Notes: generated by a model not told the origin, from the letters alone. 64,000 bases of DNA from an uncultured Gammaproteobacteria bacterium (GCA_964448705.1 CAYUZS010000003.1:9384-73383), one strand, 5' to 3'; shown: positions 9,552 to 18,935, counted from the first letter of the stretch. Numbers and translations: made by a program.

Positions 9552-9646
9552 TTTTATTATCACTCGCCTCTGGCGAGTGCTAATATAGCTATCAAACTAT
9601 ATTATTCCTAATATAAGGGATATTTTTTATATACATCTGTATCGTA

Positions 9647-12304
9647 CTATATAGCAATGGTTGGAATAACAATCGGAGTTATAGTCGGAACAGGCGATAA
9701 AGTCGGAGTCGGAGAAGGCGACCAGTCCCACGGTCTGTTTACCCCGATTTTTATTTCCTTACTGGCTGTTGCTCCGTCAATATCGGTAATCACTGTTTTA
9801 AGTGTATATGTTCCGTCATTAAGATGAATACTGCCGCTAAAAGGTCTTTCACTCAATGTCATTTTTGAATTACCATCAGCATATATTTCCACTTTAACGA
9901 TCTTTTTTAAGGAACTTGTACTTACGGTTACTGTAAAATCATTTCCCACTGTTGAACGGTCACTCGGAGAATCAAAATTTGCTGCTACAGTTCCATCGTT
10001 TCGGCAAAATGAAGTTGGCGGATTATATAAACCAGTGTTAGGTTGTTGTGAAATCCAGGAATCAATTCCTTCCTGCCAACGATTCTTTCCATCCGATGAA
10101 ATTGGATCCTCTTCTTTAAGATTATAAAATTCCTGTTCATTATAATTGTTATTATTCACATCCTCCGGTGGAGCCAGTCCCGATTTATCTTTACACACTT
10201 TTAATTTTAAATGAATCGGATCACTAATTTTCGGCTGCGTTCCGTCTATAAAATACATCGTATGAGAAGGGAAACCATCATGAGCCGGATATCCGGAAAC
10301 CAAGTCCACATCCACACTTACGATTTTGTCCGGTATGGAAAAATCTTGTTTCGGTCTTTTCTTAACTTCACTCACCATAATCCTTTTCCAGATCGGGCTG
10401 GCACCGGAAACTCCTGAAGCCACCTTAGTCATCGGCGAATTATCATTATTTCCCACCCACACTGTCGCTAATAAATTCGGAGTCCAGCCAATTGTCCAGT
10501 TGTCTCTTTTGTCATTGGTAGTTCCGGTTTTCGCTGCCACCTGATATCCGGGAACTATTAAACCGTTTACATCACCAAAAGTAATTTTTCGATTATTATT
10601 GTCGGATAAAATATTTGAAATAATAAACGCCTCCTGGGGAGTCATTACACTTTTTCCGATTACTTGTTTGTATTCTTCCAAAACATTTCCATTTCTGTCT
10701 TCCACTTTTAATACTCCCACCGGTTCCACCCGATAACCGCCATTAGCAAACGAAGAATAAGCCGATGCCAAATCGATCATCTTCACACTGGCACCGCCCA
10801 ACGTCACCGCCAATCCGTATTTGCTTAAATTTTCCTGGGTCGGTTCTAAAGTTGCCAATCCCATGTCGTAACCCAAAGACAGCATATTTTTTAAACCCAC
10901 ATTGGCCAGCATTTTGACCGCGGTAGTATTTATTGAATTTCCCAAAGCCTGGGCTAAACTAATTGGCCCTAGATATTTTCCGGTATAATTTTGAGGTTTA
11001 TAATCCGGCTGTCCGCCGCTCCCCGGAAAAGTTACCGGTGTATCCATAATCAAACTGGCAGCTGTCCAACCCTTCTTAATTGCTGCCAAATAAGTAACCG
11101 GTTTGATGGTTGATCCCGGTTGTCTTAGTCCCTGAGTCACCACATTAAATTTTCCTTCAGTCTTTTCACTGTCATAACCTCTCGAACCCACCATTGCCAG
11201 CACTTGACCGTTGGTTGGATCGAGGACTAATGCCGCACCATTACTGATTCCCAATTTTTCAGCTTTATCAATTTCTTCAGAGACAATTTTTTGAACTTCA
11301 TTTTGCATCGTCAAATCTAATGTCGTAGTCACTTTTAAACCGCCGCCTTCAACTACCTCTTCACCATAAGTTTCGGAAAGTAAATCTTTTATCCAAAAAA
11401 CAAAATGAGGTGCTTGTATTTGGGAAGTGTTTTGATAAAACTTGTAGTTTTTCACTTGTTCCATTGCTGCCGTTTTGGTTTCAGCATTAATGAAACCGTC
11501 TTCCACCATTCTTTCCAAAACATGGTCTGTCCTGTCTATATAAAGAGTCGGTGTATTGGAAAAAGGGGAGTAAGCATTCGGTCTTTGGGGTAGCCCGGCC
11601 AATATTGCTGATTCCACCAAGTCCAAATCCTTAACTTCCTTATTAAAATAAGCCTTTGCCGCAGTTCCTACTCCCCAGTTTGCTCCGCCGTATGGAGCCT
11701 CGTTCAGATACATTAACAAAATCTCATCCTTAGAATACTTGGCATCAATTTGAACTGCTAAAATAAATTCTTTAATTTTTCTGGTCACCGTTACTTCTGA
11801 AGTCAGCAGCACATTTTTAACCAACTGCTGAGTTAAGGTCGAACCTCCGGTTAATTTGTGCAAAACAAATACATTTTTAATAATTCTCAACGGTGCCATC
11901 GGATCAAACCCGCCGTGTTTATAAAAATCTTTATCCTCAACCGCAATCGTGGCATTTTTCAAATTTTCAGGTAATTGGTCAAAAGTAACCGGCTGGCGTT
12001 TGGCATCTTTGTAAACATCATAAAGCAGCTCGCCGTTTCTGTCGTATATCTGAGTGCTAAAACCTTCCTTTCTTACCACATTTGTTGGTGTTGGCAAATC
12101 TTTAGAAAACCAGGCAAAAGTAATCAACATTCCCACATATCCCAACACTACCAGTCCTAAAATAACCACAAAAAATTTGTACCACCATTTTCTGTCCGGC
12201 TTCTTAAATTTAAAGTCCAGCATTTGTCTTCTAAAACCTCTTCTTTTCATAACGTGCCATTTTTCTTTAAATTGTAAATACCAATTTATCAATTTTTCTT
12301 TCAT
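9647..12304 (-). CDS. Class A penicillin-binding protein (PBP1A) with C-terminal Ig-like domain
   Basis: TM helix; transglycosylase EDKDF..H.G and GGSTLTQQL; transpeptidase STIK, SIN, KTGT; Pro/Thr tail. Confidence 0.95.
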   Translation of the reverse strand: MKEKLINWYLQFKEKWHVMKRRGFRRQMLDFKFKKPDRKWWYKFFVVILGLVVLGYVGMLITFAWFSKDLPTPTNVVRKEGFSTQIYDRNGELLYDVYKDAKRQPVTFDQLPENLKNATIAVEDKDFYKHGGFDPMAPLRIIKNVFVLHKLTGGSTLTQQLVKNVLLTSEVTVTRKIKEFILAVQIDAKYSKDEILLMYLNEAPYGGANWGVGTAAKAYFNKEVKDLDLVESAILAGLPQRPNAYSPFSNTPTLYIDRTDHVLERMVEDGFINAETKTAAMEQVKNYKFYQNTSQIQAPHFVFWIKDLLSETYGEEVVEGGGLKVTTTLDLTMQNEVQKIVSEEIDKAEKLGISNGAALVLDPTNGQVLAMVGSRGYDSEKTEGKFNVVTQGLRQPGSTIKPVTYLAAIKKGWTAASLIMDTPVTFPGSGGQPDYKPQNYTGKYLGPISLAQALGNSINTTAVKMLANVGLKNMLSLGYDMGLATLEPTQENLSKYGLAVTLGGASVKMIDLASAYSSFANGGYRVEPVGVLKVEDRNGNVLEEYKQVIGKSVMTPQEAFIISNILSDNNNRKITFGDVNGLIVPGYQVAAKTGTTNDKRDNWTIGWTPNLLATVWVGNNDNSPMTKVASGVSGASPIWKRIMVSEVKKRPKQDFSIPDKIVSVDVDLVSGYPAHDGFPSHTMYFIDGTQPKISDPIHLKLKVCKDKSGLAPPEDVNNNNYNEQEFYNLKEEDPISSDGKNRWQEGIDSWISQQPNTGLYNPPTSFCRNDGTVAANFDSPSDRSTVGNDFTVTVSTSSLKKIVKVEIYADGNSKMTLSERPFSGSIHLNDGTYTLKTVITDIDGATASKEIKIGVNRPWDWSPSPTPTLSPVPTITPIVIPTIAI

Positions 12305-12305
12305 C

Positions 12306-12410
12306 TCAGCCAGCCAACAAACTTAAAAAAGGAGCAACACTCCCCAACAATAAAACCAGCATCGCCAAAATAAGAATCAATCTCGTTATTTGATCCTTTT
12401 TAATCTTCAT
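12306..12410 (-). CDS. Small membrane protein (34 aa)
   Basis: MKIKKDQITRLILILAMLVLLLGSVAPFLSLLAG; basic N-terminus plus hydrophobic helix; stop 1 nt before the PBP start. Confidence 0.55.
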   Translation of the reverse strand: MKIKKDQITRLILILAMLVLLLGSVAPFLSLLAG

Positions 12411-12450
12411 ACCCAATATTTTCATCAACAAATGATAACATAATCTCATC

Positions 12451-14424
12451 ATGGTTAGCCTTTCCGGTATTCCCCACCTCGGCCCAAAAACTATTGAAAA
12501 ACTTAATCGCTTAGGGATTTTTTCTTCTCAGGATTTACTTTATCATTTTCCCCACCGTTACATTGATTTTTCCCACTGTTCCAAAATTTCTGATTCGGTT
12601 GTCAACTCCAATGTCACTGTCACCGGTACCGTTATATATTTTAAAAACATTTTTACCAGAAACCATAAAAATATCCAAAAAGCAGTCATAGAGGATAGTA
12701 GCGGACAATTGGATCTTATTTGGTTTAATCAACCGTATCTTTCCAAAAACTTAGTTATTGGTCAAAAATTTAGTTTTGCCGGCACTGTCTCACTTTATCT
12801 GAATAAAAAGACCATTATTTCTCCTGTTTACGGTCAATATAACACCGGAAAAATAATTGCTGTTTATCCGGAAACCTCCGGTCTTAATTCCACCTGGTTT
12901 CGAAAAACAATTTCTGCCAATTTATCTGCTCTTCTTCCCAATAAAGATCCGCTGCCGTCCTTCATTTTAAAAAAATATAAATTGGTTGATTTAAGTTCCG
13001 CCCTCACTCAAATTCATCAGCCAGACAACCAATCACTGCTTCAAAAAGCCAAATACCGTCTTGGTTTGGATGAAATCCTTTCTCTTCAGTCTCAATCTTA
13101 TCTTCTCCGTCAGTCATGGGAGTCCCAAACTCCGGCTTTCACATTTAAAGACTTTAGCAAAATTGATTCTTTTATCAAAAAACTTCCTTTTAAATTAACT
13201 GCCTCTCAAATCAATGCCTGGCAGGAAATAAAACAAGATCTGCTTTCCTCGACTCCCGCCAATCGTTTACTTCAGGGTGATGTTGGTTCCGGCAAGACTA
13301 TTATTGCCCTTTTATCCTGTCTTTTGGCTCATCTCAATCGTTCCACCAGCCTTTTAATTGCTCCCACTGAAATCTTAGCTCAGCAGCATTTTCAAACTTT
13401 TTCTCAACTTTTAAAAAAACTCCCCATAGTTCTTATAACCGGCAAAACAAAGCACAAAAATATTCCCAAAGGTTCCATTGTCATTGCCACCCATGCTGCT
13501 ATTTATCGTCAGTCATCTTTTAAAAATCACATCGGTTTATTAATTATTGATGAACAGCACAAATTTGGTGTCGCCCAGAGATCATTTCTTTCCAAAAGTC
13601 TCCATCCACCGCATTGCCTAACAATGACTGCCACCCCGATTCCCAGAACTATCAGTTTAACCGTTCTGGGAAATTTAAATCTTTCCCAATTAAAAGAACT
13701 TCCTTCCGGTCGTCTGCCGATTAAAACTTTCCTTGTTCCTCAGTCCAAATATTCGGATTGTTATCGGTGGTTAGAAGAAAAAATAAATCAAAGCGGTCAA
13801 CAAGCCTTTATTGTTTGCCCTTTTATCGAACCTTCGGAAACTCTGAATTCGGTTAAATCTGCTAAGCAGCTTTTTAGTCATCTCCAATCTTCTGTTTTTC
13901 CTAAACTAACTTTAGGTCTTGTCCATGGCAAAACTTCAACTTCTGACAGACAAAAAATATTTCAGCAGTATTCACAAAATAAAATTAATATTCTGGTCAC
14001 CACTCCCATTATCGAAGTCGGCATCGATTTTCCCAATGCCACTACTATTATTATTCAGTCTGCTGATCGTTTTGGCCTGGCTCAACTTCACCAGCTTCGC
14101 GGCCGCGTAGGTAGGGGAGCCGACCAAAGTTATTGTTATCTTTTTACCGAATCAGATTCCGAAAAAGCTCAAAAAAGACTACAAATGCTCACCCGTACTG
14201 TTGATGGTCAAAAAATCGCCGAGTACGACCTTCAAACCCGCGGCCCCGGAGAAGCTTTCTCCGTTATTCAACATGGATTTCCCTCTTTAAAAATTGCCAG
14301 TTATTCGGATTTCGAACTAATCTCTTTAGGACAACAAATTATCAAAACTCTCCTCGATCATCAATTTGCTTTAAAAAAATTAGTTGTTGCTAAAGCTGTT
14401 GTTGATATTGGTTCTGCTAACTAA
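12451..14424 (+). CDS. recG: ATP-dependent DNA helicase RecG
   Basis: RLLQGDVGSGKT, DEQHKFGV, MTATPIPRT, FGLAQLHQLRGRVGRG, DLQTRGPGE. Confidence 0.97.
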   Translation: MVSLSGIPHLGPKTIEKLNRLGIFSSQDLLYHFPHRYIDFSHCSKISDSVVNSNVTVTGTVIYFKNIFTRNHKNIQKAVIEDSSGQLDLIWFNQPYLSKNLVIGQKFSFAGTVSLYLNKKTIISPVYGQYNTGKIIAVYPETSGLNSTWFRKTISANLSALLPNKDPLPSFILKKYKLVDLSSALTQIHQPDNQSLLQKAKYRLGLDEILSLQSQSYLLRQSWESQTPAFTFKDFSKIDSFIKKLPFKLTASQINAWQEIKQDLLSSTPANRLLQGDVGSGKTIIALLSCLLAHLNRSTSLLIAPTEILAQQHFQTFSQLLKKLPIVLITGKTKHKNIPKGSIVIATHAAIYRQSSFKNHIGLLIIDEQHKFGVAQRSFLSKSLHPPHCLTMTATPIPRTISLTVLGNLNLSQLKELPSGRLPIKTFLVPQSKYSDCYRWLEEKINQSGQQAFIVCPFIEPSETLNSVKSAKQLFSHLQSSVFPKLTLGLVHGKTSTSDRQKIFQQYSQNKINILVTTPIIEVGIDFPNATTIIIQSADRFGLAQLHQLRGRVGRGADQSYCYLFTESDSEKAQKRLQMLTRTVDGQKIAEYDLQTRGPGEAFSVIQHGFPSLKIASYSDFELISLGQQIIKTLLDHQFALKKLVVAKAVVDIGSAN

Positions 14425-14498
14425 CGGTTTTCCTCTGTTTCCTAAATAAAAATCTTCTCCGGCTAACTTTTTTCCCATTAATTTGCTACAATATCCCC

Positions 14499-14654
14499 AT
14501 GACAGCATTACCTAAACATTGGCCAAGTTCACGCCGCCAAGGCAAACGACGTGCCACTCATACTGGACCTAAAATCCAAAAAACCATCAATTGTAAACAG
14601 TGCGGCCAACCTAAATTAGCCGGTTTTCAATGTCCCAATTGTAAACAATTGTGA
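14499..14654 (+). CDS. rpmF: 50S ribosomal protein L32
   Basis: Hand translation MTALPKHWPSSRRQGKRRA..CKQCG..CPNC (zinc ribbon); absent from the ORF track; overlaps nusB start. Confidence 0.9.
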   Translation: MTALPKHWPSSRRQGKRRATHTGPKIQKTINCKQCGQPKLAGFQCPNCKQL

Positions 14655-15019
14655 AAAGTCACCAAGACCCCAGACATCTTCGACGTATCAAAAATATGCA
14701 GGCAGTCTTTGCTTGGAGCAGTAACAGTTCAAATCCAACTTCTTCCGATTCTAAGGAAATAATTGAACATATTGAAGAAATTGATAGCTTTATCAAAGCT
14801 AATGCTCCGAAATGGCCTTTAAACGAAATGAATCACGTTGATTTATCCATTCTTCGATGTGCTGTTTGGGAATTAAAATATCAACCCAAAACACCGCCAA
14901 AAGTTGTCATAGATGAAGCGGTTGAATTAGCCAAAGAATTCGGTACTGAATCCAGTTCCTCTTTTGTCAATGGCTGTTTGGGGAGTATTATTAAGCAAAC
15001 AAATGAACCAGAACTTTGA
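14651..15019 (+). CDS. nusB: Transcription antitermination factor NusB
   Basis: W...MNHVDLSILR, PPKVVIDEAVELAKEFG..FVNGCL. Confidence 0.95.
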   Translation: MKSHQDPRHLRRIKNMQAVFAWSSNSSNPTSSDSKEIIEHIEEIDSFIKANAPKWPLNEMNHVDLSILRCAVWELKYQPKTPPKVVIDEAVELAKEFGTESSSSFVNGCLGSIIKQTNEPEL

Positions 15020-15695
15020 AGATCTTCAAAAAATAATCGGCACTAAATTTAAAAATCCGGAGCTTTTAAACCAAGCTCTAATTCATCGCTCTTATCTTAA
15101 CGAAAATAAAGCCGACCATCTCCAATCAAATGAAAGGTTGGAATATCTCGGCGACGCTGTTTTAGAATTATGGTCCTCAGAAGCTCTTTTTCGTATGTTT
15201 CCGGAATATCCTGAAGGAAAAATGACCAATCTTCGCGCTTTAATTGTTTGTACTGAAAATTTATCTAAAGTTTCGGCAAAATTCAATTTAGGCCAATTTG
15301 TAATGCTTAGCCGCGGCGAAGAAACCCACCAAGGTCGTCTGAATCAATCCATTTTAGCGGACACTTTTGAAAGTGTTATCGGTGCTATTTATCTGGATAG
15401 TGGTTTTCCTGCTGTGGTTAAATTTCTTAATAAATTTCTTCTTCCAAGTCTTGAGGAAATTTCTCATTCTAAAAATTTAAAAGATCCTAAAAGCCTTTTT
15501 CAGGAAATTGCTCAAGCCAAAAAGGGGATTACTCCTCATTATCAAACTGTTAGTGAAGTCGGTCCCGATCATCAAAAAATCTTCGAAGTTGGGGTATTTC
15601 TTGATAAAGAGCTGATTGCTACCGGTAAAGGTAACTCCAAACAAAAGGCCGAAGAATCCGCCGCCATCAAAGCCGCTAAATTATTTTCAAATTAA
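15003..15695 (+). CDS. rnc: Ribonuclease III
   Basis: NERLEYLGDAVL, ADTFESVIGAIYLD, dsRBD GPDHQKIF; start taken as ATG 15003. Confidence 0.97.
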   Translation: MNQNFEDLQKIIGTKFKNPELLNQALIHRSYLNENKADHLQSNERLEYLGDAVLELWSSEALFRMFPEYPEGKMTNLRALIVCTENLSKVSAKFNLGQFVMLSRGEETHQGRLNQSILADTFESVIGAIYLDSGFPAVVKFLNKFLLPSLEEISHSKNLKDPKSLFQEIAQAKKGITPHYQTVSEVGPDHQKIFEVGVFLDKELIATGKGNSKQKAEESAAIKAAKLFSN

Positions 15696-16652
15696 ATTCT
15701 GTAGAACGTTCACGTAAGCAATCGAATAAGAAAGTTCTTTAAACGAGTTGTAAATTATGTCTTTGTTAAGCAAGTAGCCCCTGTTTTTCTTTTGTTCTGC
15801 ACCAGTAAAACATTTGTTAAAACATTCTGCATATAATTTGTCCGGATCTAGATCTGAATTACCATATATTCCAATCTCAAACAAGCTAATTTGTATTGAT
15901 TGTAAAACATTCCCTAACTTTACTAAAAATAACTCCGGATAATATTTTTTCAAAAAGTTCAGTTCAAATCGGACCGCCGCTTTCTCATTTCCGTATTTTT
16001 TCTTTCTTAATTTATCTTTTTTGAAACATTTCAACATATCAAACACATGCCCAATTTCGTGTACTAAATCCATTGCCTGATGCCTTTGACTTAACCTGCC
16101 ATCAAGAATAACCTTAAATACATCCAATTCTTTCTCATATTTCATTCTTGAATCTTCTTCCGTTAATAATATCTTTATTTTGTCTTTGTTCTTTTTCAAA
16201 ACAGGGTATTTTCCGACAATAAAGTCAAATATTTTATCTGCATTCACAAACGGAAAAGATTTAGACCGGCAAATAAAACAATAGTTATTCGACTCTTTTT
16301 CCTCAAACATCTTTTTGTCCAAAACCACCTTTTGATTTATATATCCAATTACTTTATCAACATCATTCAAAAAATTTTTATATTCTACTTCTGGAATCCC
16401 AAACAAATAACTATACATCTCCACTCTCGAACGAAAATTTCTATTATGATACCTGTTTTTTTCTTTCACCACCAACAACCATTTACTTTTTATATCATCA
16501 AAATTAATATCATCCCATATTTCGTTCCGTCTTCTATGTAATTCCTCCAAATACTCTTCCGGATAGCTAATTAAAAAATCACTCCCCGCCTTAAATTCAG
16601 GTGGGGGATTATATAATTTAACAAAAGGTGGTAGCTTTTTTCCACTATTCAT
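15687..16652 (-). CDS. Hypothetical HExxH (zincin-like) protein
   Basis: LVHEIGHVF with downstream EKAAVRFE; lysine-rich, AT-rich. Confidence 0.55.
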   Translation of the reverse strand: MNSGKKLPPFVKLYNPPPEFKAGSDFLISYPEEYLEELHRRRNEIWDDINFDDIKSKWLLVVKEKNRYHNRNFRSRVEMYSYLFGIPEVEYKNFLNDVDKVIGYINQKVVLDKKMFEEKESNNYCFICRSKSFPFVNADKIFDFIVGKYPVLKKNKDKIKILLTEEDSRMKYEKELDVFKVILDGRLSQRHQAMDLVHEIGHVFDMLKCFKKDKLRKKKYGNEKAAVRFELNFLKKYYPELFLVKLGNVLQSIQISLFEIGIYGNSDLDPDKLYAECFNKCFTGAEQKKNRGYLLNKDIIYNSFKELSYSIAYVNVLQNLI

Positions 16653-16942
16653 TACATTATCAGTGTATCAATAACCTTCTGTCTGTTTTCAGAATCATCT
16701 TCATTTTTTAGATCCTCCAAAATGGAGACAACACACAAAAGGTCAGGATCCTCTTCACTGTTTCCAATCATTTCCATTCTCACATCTCCCCCCAAGTTCT
16801 TCAGAAATCTCCATGATACTTTATCAGACTTGTACAACAAAACTGCCTACTTAATAGCTTTTTTAAGTACAAAAATCGGAACATCGCCATTATTTTTTCT
16901 GTCTGTTCCAATCAACTCATTAAGAAATATTCTACTTACCAT
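16652..16942 (-). pseudogene. Paralog of 16932..17264 interrupted by an in-frame TAG at 16847-16849
   Basis: MVSRIFLNELIGTDRKNNGDVPIFVLKKAIK*AVLLYKSDKVSWRFL aligns without gaps to the neighbouring ORF. Confidence 0.65.
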
Positions 16943-17264
16943 AGTTTGTATACTTGTTTTCTAAATAGCCTTTCATGAAAATTATCTTCTTTTCTATCTC
17001 AGAAAAATTACGTCGATTCATTTTAACTTCCATAAGATATTCCACAAATCCATACAAAGTTTCATCAAATTCCAGATTATCAGCCATTTCCCAATACAAG
17101 TCCTCGCACAAGGAAATCAGAAAGTTTATGTCTATCTCTTTGTTCACATATTTTTGCAAAGCAAGTTTCAAAGCTTTCTCAATATAGATTATAGGAATAC
17201 CTCCATTATCAGACCGAAATACCTCAAGGTTATTTTTAAAAAAAACATCTTCTCCTAAAATCAT
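16932..17264 (-). CDS. Hypothetical protein (110 aa)
   Basis: Intact ORF; paralogous to the downstream interrupted ORF. Confidence 0.65.
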   Translation of the reverse strand: MILGEDVFFKNNLEVFRSDNGGIPIIYIEKALKLALQKYVNKEIDINFLISLCEDLYWEMADNLEFDETLYGFVEYLMEVKMNRRNFSEIEKKIIFMKGYLENKYTNYGK

Positions 17265-17345
17265 TTTATTTATTTTGTTTTAGAAAGTTTTTTTTGTATA
17301 TTTTTTCCCTATCTCATCTAAATTCGAGTAAACCAGTGCCATATT

Positions 17346-17708
17346 TTATGACATTAATTTAGTCAATTCAGTCAAAGTTCTCAATATATCTCTTAACTTC
17401 TGCCTATCCATTTCATCAAACGACCATTTATTCTGAAGAACCATCCACAGACTAAGTAATTCTTTATACATCTTTATGAATTGGACGCTATGCCTACCAA
17501 TAAACAATTTTCCATAGTCTATACTGCCAAGATTAAATGTTTCTACCGGTAAATACCTTTCAAAAACATAGTTATAAAAAAGAAAATACTCCTTGGGCTT
17601 TTTTCCTTCAATCAAATAAATAGCATATTCCACCATTATTTTTAAGGAAAACACCATTTCCGTAAATCTTTCATTAGAAAAGTCACAATTTATACTCATT
17701 TCCTGCAT
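17346..17708 (-). CDS. Hypothetical protein (~120 aa)
   Basis: Start taken as ATG 17708, 6 nt after TATAAT; the longer track ORF runs through a hairpin. Confidence 0.6.
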   Translation of the reverse strand: MQEMSINCDFSNERFTEMVFSLKIMVEYAIYLIEGKKPKEYFLFYNYVFERYLPVETFNLGSIDYGKLFIGRHSVQFIKMYKELLSLWMVLQNKWSFDEMDRQKLRDILRTLTELTKLMS

Positions 17709-17725
17709 AAAATAATTATATATTC

Positions 17726-17804
17726 CACAGAGCACTTTTTCACTAATGTTTGTCCCCCTACTTAAAAGTAGAGGGACAAATGAAAGTAAACTAAGTGCTC
17801 TGTG
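17726..17804 (-). repeat. 79-nt inverted repeat / long RNA hairpin
   Basis: Outer stem CACAGAGCACTT/AAGTGCTCTGTG; inner arms TTTGTCCCTCTACTT/AAGTAGGGGGACAAA with G-U pairing on the minus strand. Confidence 0.8.
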
Positions 17805-17805
17805 T

Positions 17806-18015
17806 TTAACTACCAGAGCTTTTGCCAGGCCGTTCACTGCCCCAGTTCACACCTTCACGTTGCTGGCCAATATTAGCCCAGCGATGCGAACCATAATCTG
17901 GTGAGTCCGGATTGACAATCTTCTGATTTATCTGTGACAAACTGCCATCGGAATTCAGATTCGGCCAGGTTTTTACGGTATTCAAGGGATTATTGAATGG
18001 ACTTTTGGGGAACAT
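17806..18015 (-). CDS. Small hydrophilic hypothetical protein (69 aa)
   Basis: ATG preceded by purine-rich GAAAGGTTAGGGAAAA, a structured leader and a promoter. Confidence 0.6.
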   Translation of the reverse strand: MFPKSPFNNPLNTVKTWPNLNSDGSLSQINQKIVNPDSPDYGSHRWANIGQQREGVNWGSERPGKSSGS

Positions 18016-18321
18016 TTTTCCCTAACCTTTCTTTTTTCTGGTGGACATGTGGCGACACATGTCCGGTTGAATAAAATTAGAGAAACACTCCTTTCTGGCC
18101 AAAGCCGTTTTTTGAAAGAACCATCGTATAATTATCGAGCGTTTACGATAATCACGATATAAATATATTACCACAAGATACGTAAAAATCAATGTTTCCT
18201 TTTTTTACGCATTTGTTACATACAAATAATTTATAGGACATATATCACATCATCAGAACAATATAACAAGTTTTTATTTCCAGCTTTCAACTTTTTATTT
18301 TTTCCTGTATAATTCCCCAGT

Positions 18322-18684
18322 ATGCTCAAGATCAAACTCTTTCCAAAAGGAAAAAAACATCAAAGAACTTTTCGAATAGTTGTGGCCGAAGCCCGCAGCA
18401 AATTTAACGGCAAAGTTGTTGCCGATTTGGGTTTCGTTACCCCTCAGACTAAAACCATTCAAGTCAACAAAGAATCCCTGGAACAATGGGTAAAAAATGG
18501 TGCTCAAGTAACCACCGGTGTTGATAAAATTTTAAACCCCGAAAAATATCCTAAAAAGGTAAAAGTTAAAGAAACTAAAGCTCCTCAGGAAGAAATGCCA
18601 GAAGCCGCTCCGGCTGTAGAAACAGAAGTTAAAGAAACCCCTGTTGCTGAAACCGAAGTTAAAGAAGCTCCGTCCGAAAATTAA
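18322..18684 (+). CDS. rpsP: 30S ribosomal protein S16 with acidic C-terminal extension
   Basis: MLKIKL..GKKHQRTFRIVVAEARS..WVKNGAQ. Confidence 0.95.
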   Translation: MLKIKLFPKGKKHQRTFRIVVAEARSKFNGKVVADLGFVTPQTKTIQVNKESLEQWVKNGAQVTTGVDKILNPEKYPKKVKVKETKAPQEEMPEAAPAVETEVKETPVAETEVKEAPSEN

Positions 18685-18701
18685 TTGTTTACTCTCTTCT
18701 T

Positions 18702-18935
18702 ATGTCCACTATCCAGGAAACCCTCGAATATATCATCAAAGCCATAGTTACTGATTCTTCCAGTATCGTCATTAATAGTCGGGAAGAAAACGATGTTTTA
18801 ATTATGGAAATAGAAGCCGCTCCGGAAATGATTGGCCAGATAATCGGCAAAGACGGAAAAATAATTAAATCATTACGCACTATTCTTAACCTTTCTTTTC
18901 CTAATCAAAAATATTCTCTCGACGTTAAGGGTTAA
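18702..18935 (+). CDS. khpA: KH domain RNA-binding protein KhpA
   Basis: GQIIGKDGKIIKSLRT; follows rpsP. Confidence 0.85.
   Translation: MSTIQETLEYIIKAIVTDSSSIVINSREENDVLIMEIEAAPEMIGQIIGKDGKIIKSLRTILNLSFPNQKYSLDVKG

Noticed and set aside
16847-16849. Genome-wide stop codon reassignment
   Set aside because: TAG ends clear genes (M16 peptidase, Fic, ligA, pth) and TGA ends infC, rplT and pheS; only one interrupted ORF was seen
17280-17342. 20-codon minus-strand ORF MALVYSNLDEIGKKYTKKTF
   Set aside because: Too short, with no supporting signal or structure
17709-17837. N-terminal extension of the 163-aa ORF
   Set aside because: Runs through the hairpin and overlaps the 69-aa ORF; TATAAT-6nt-ATG at 17708 is favoured
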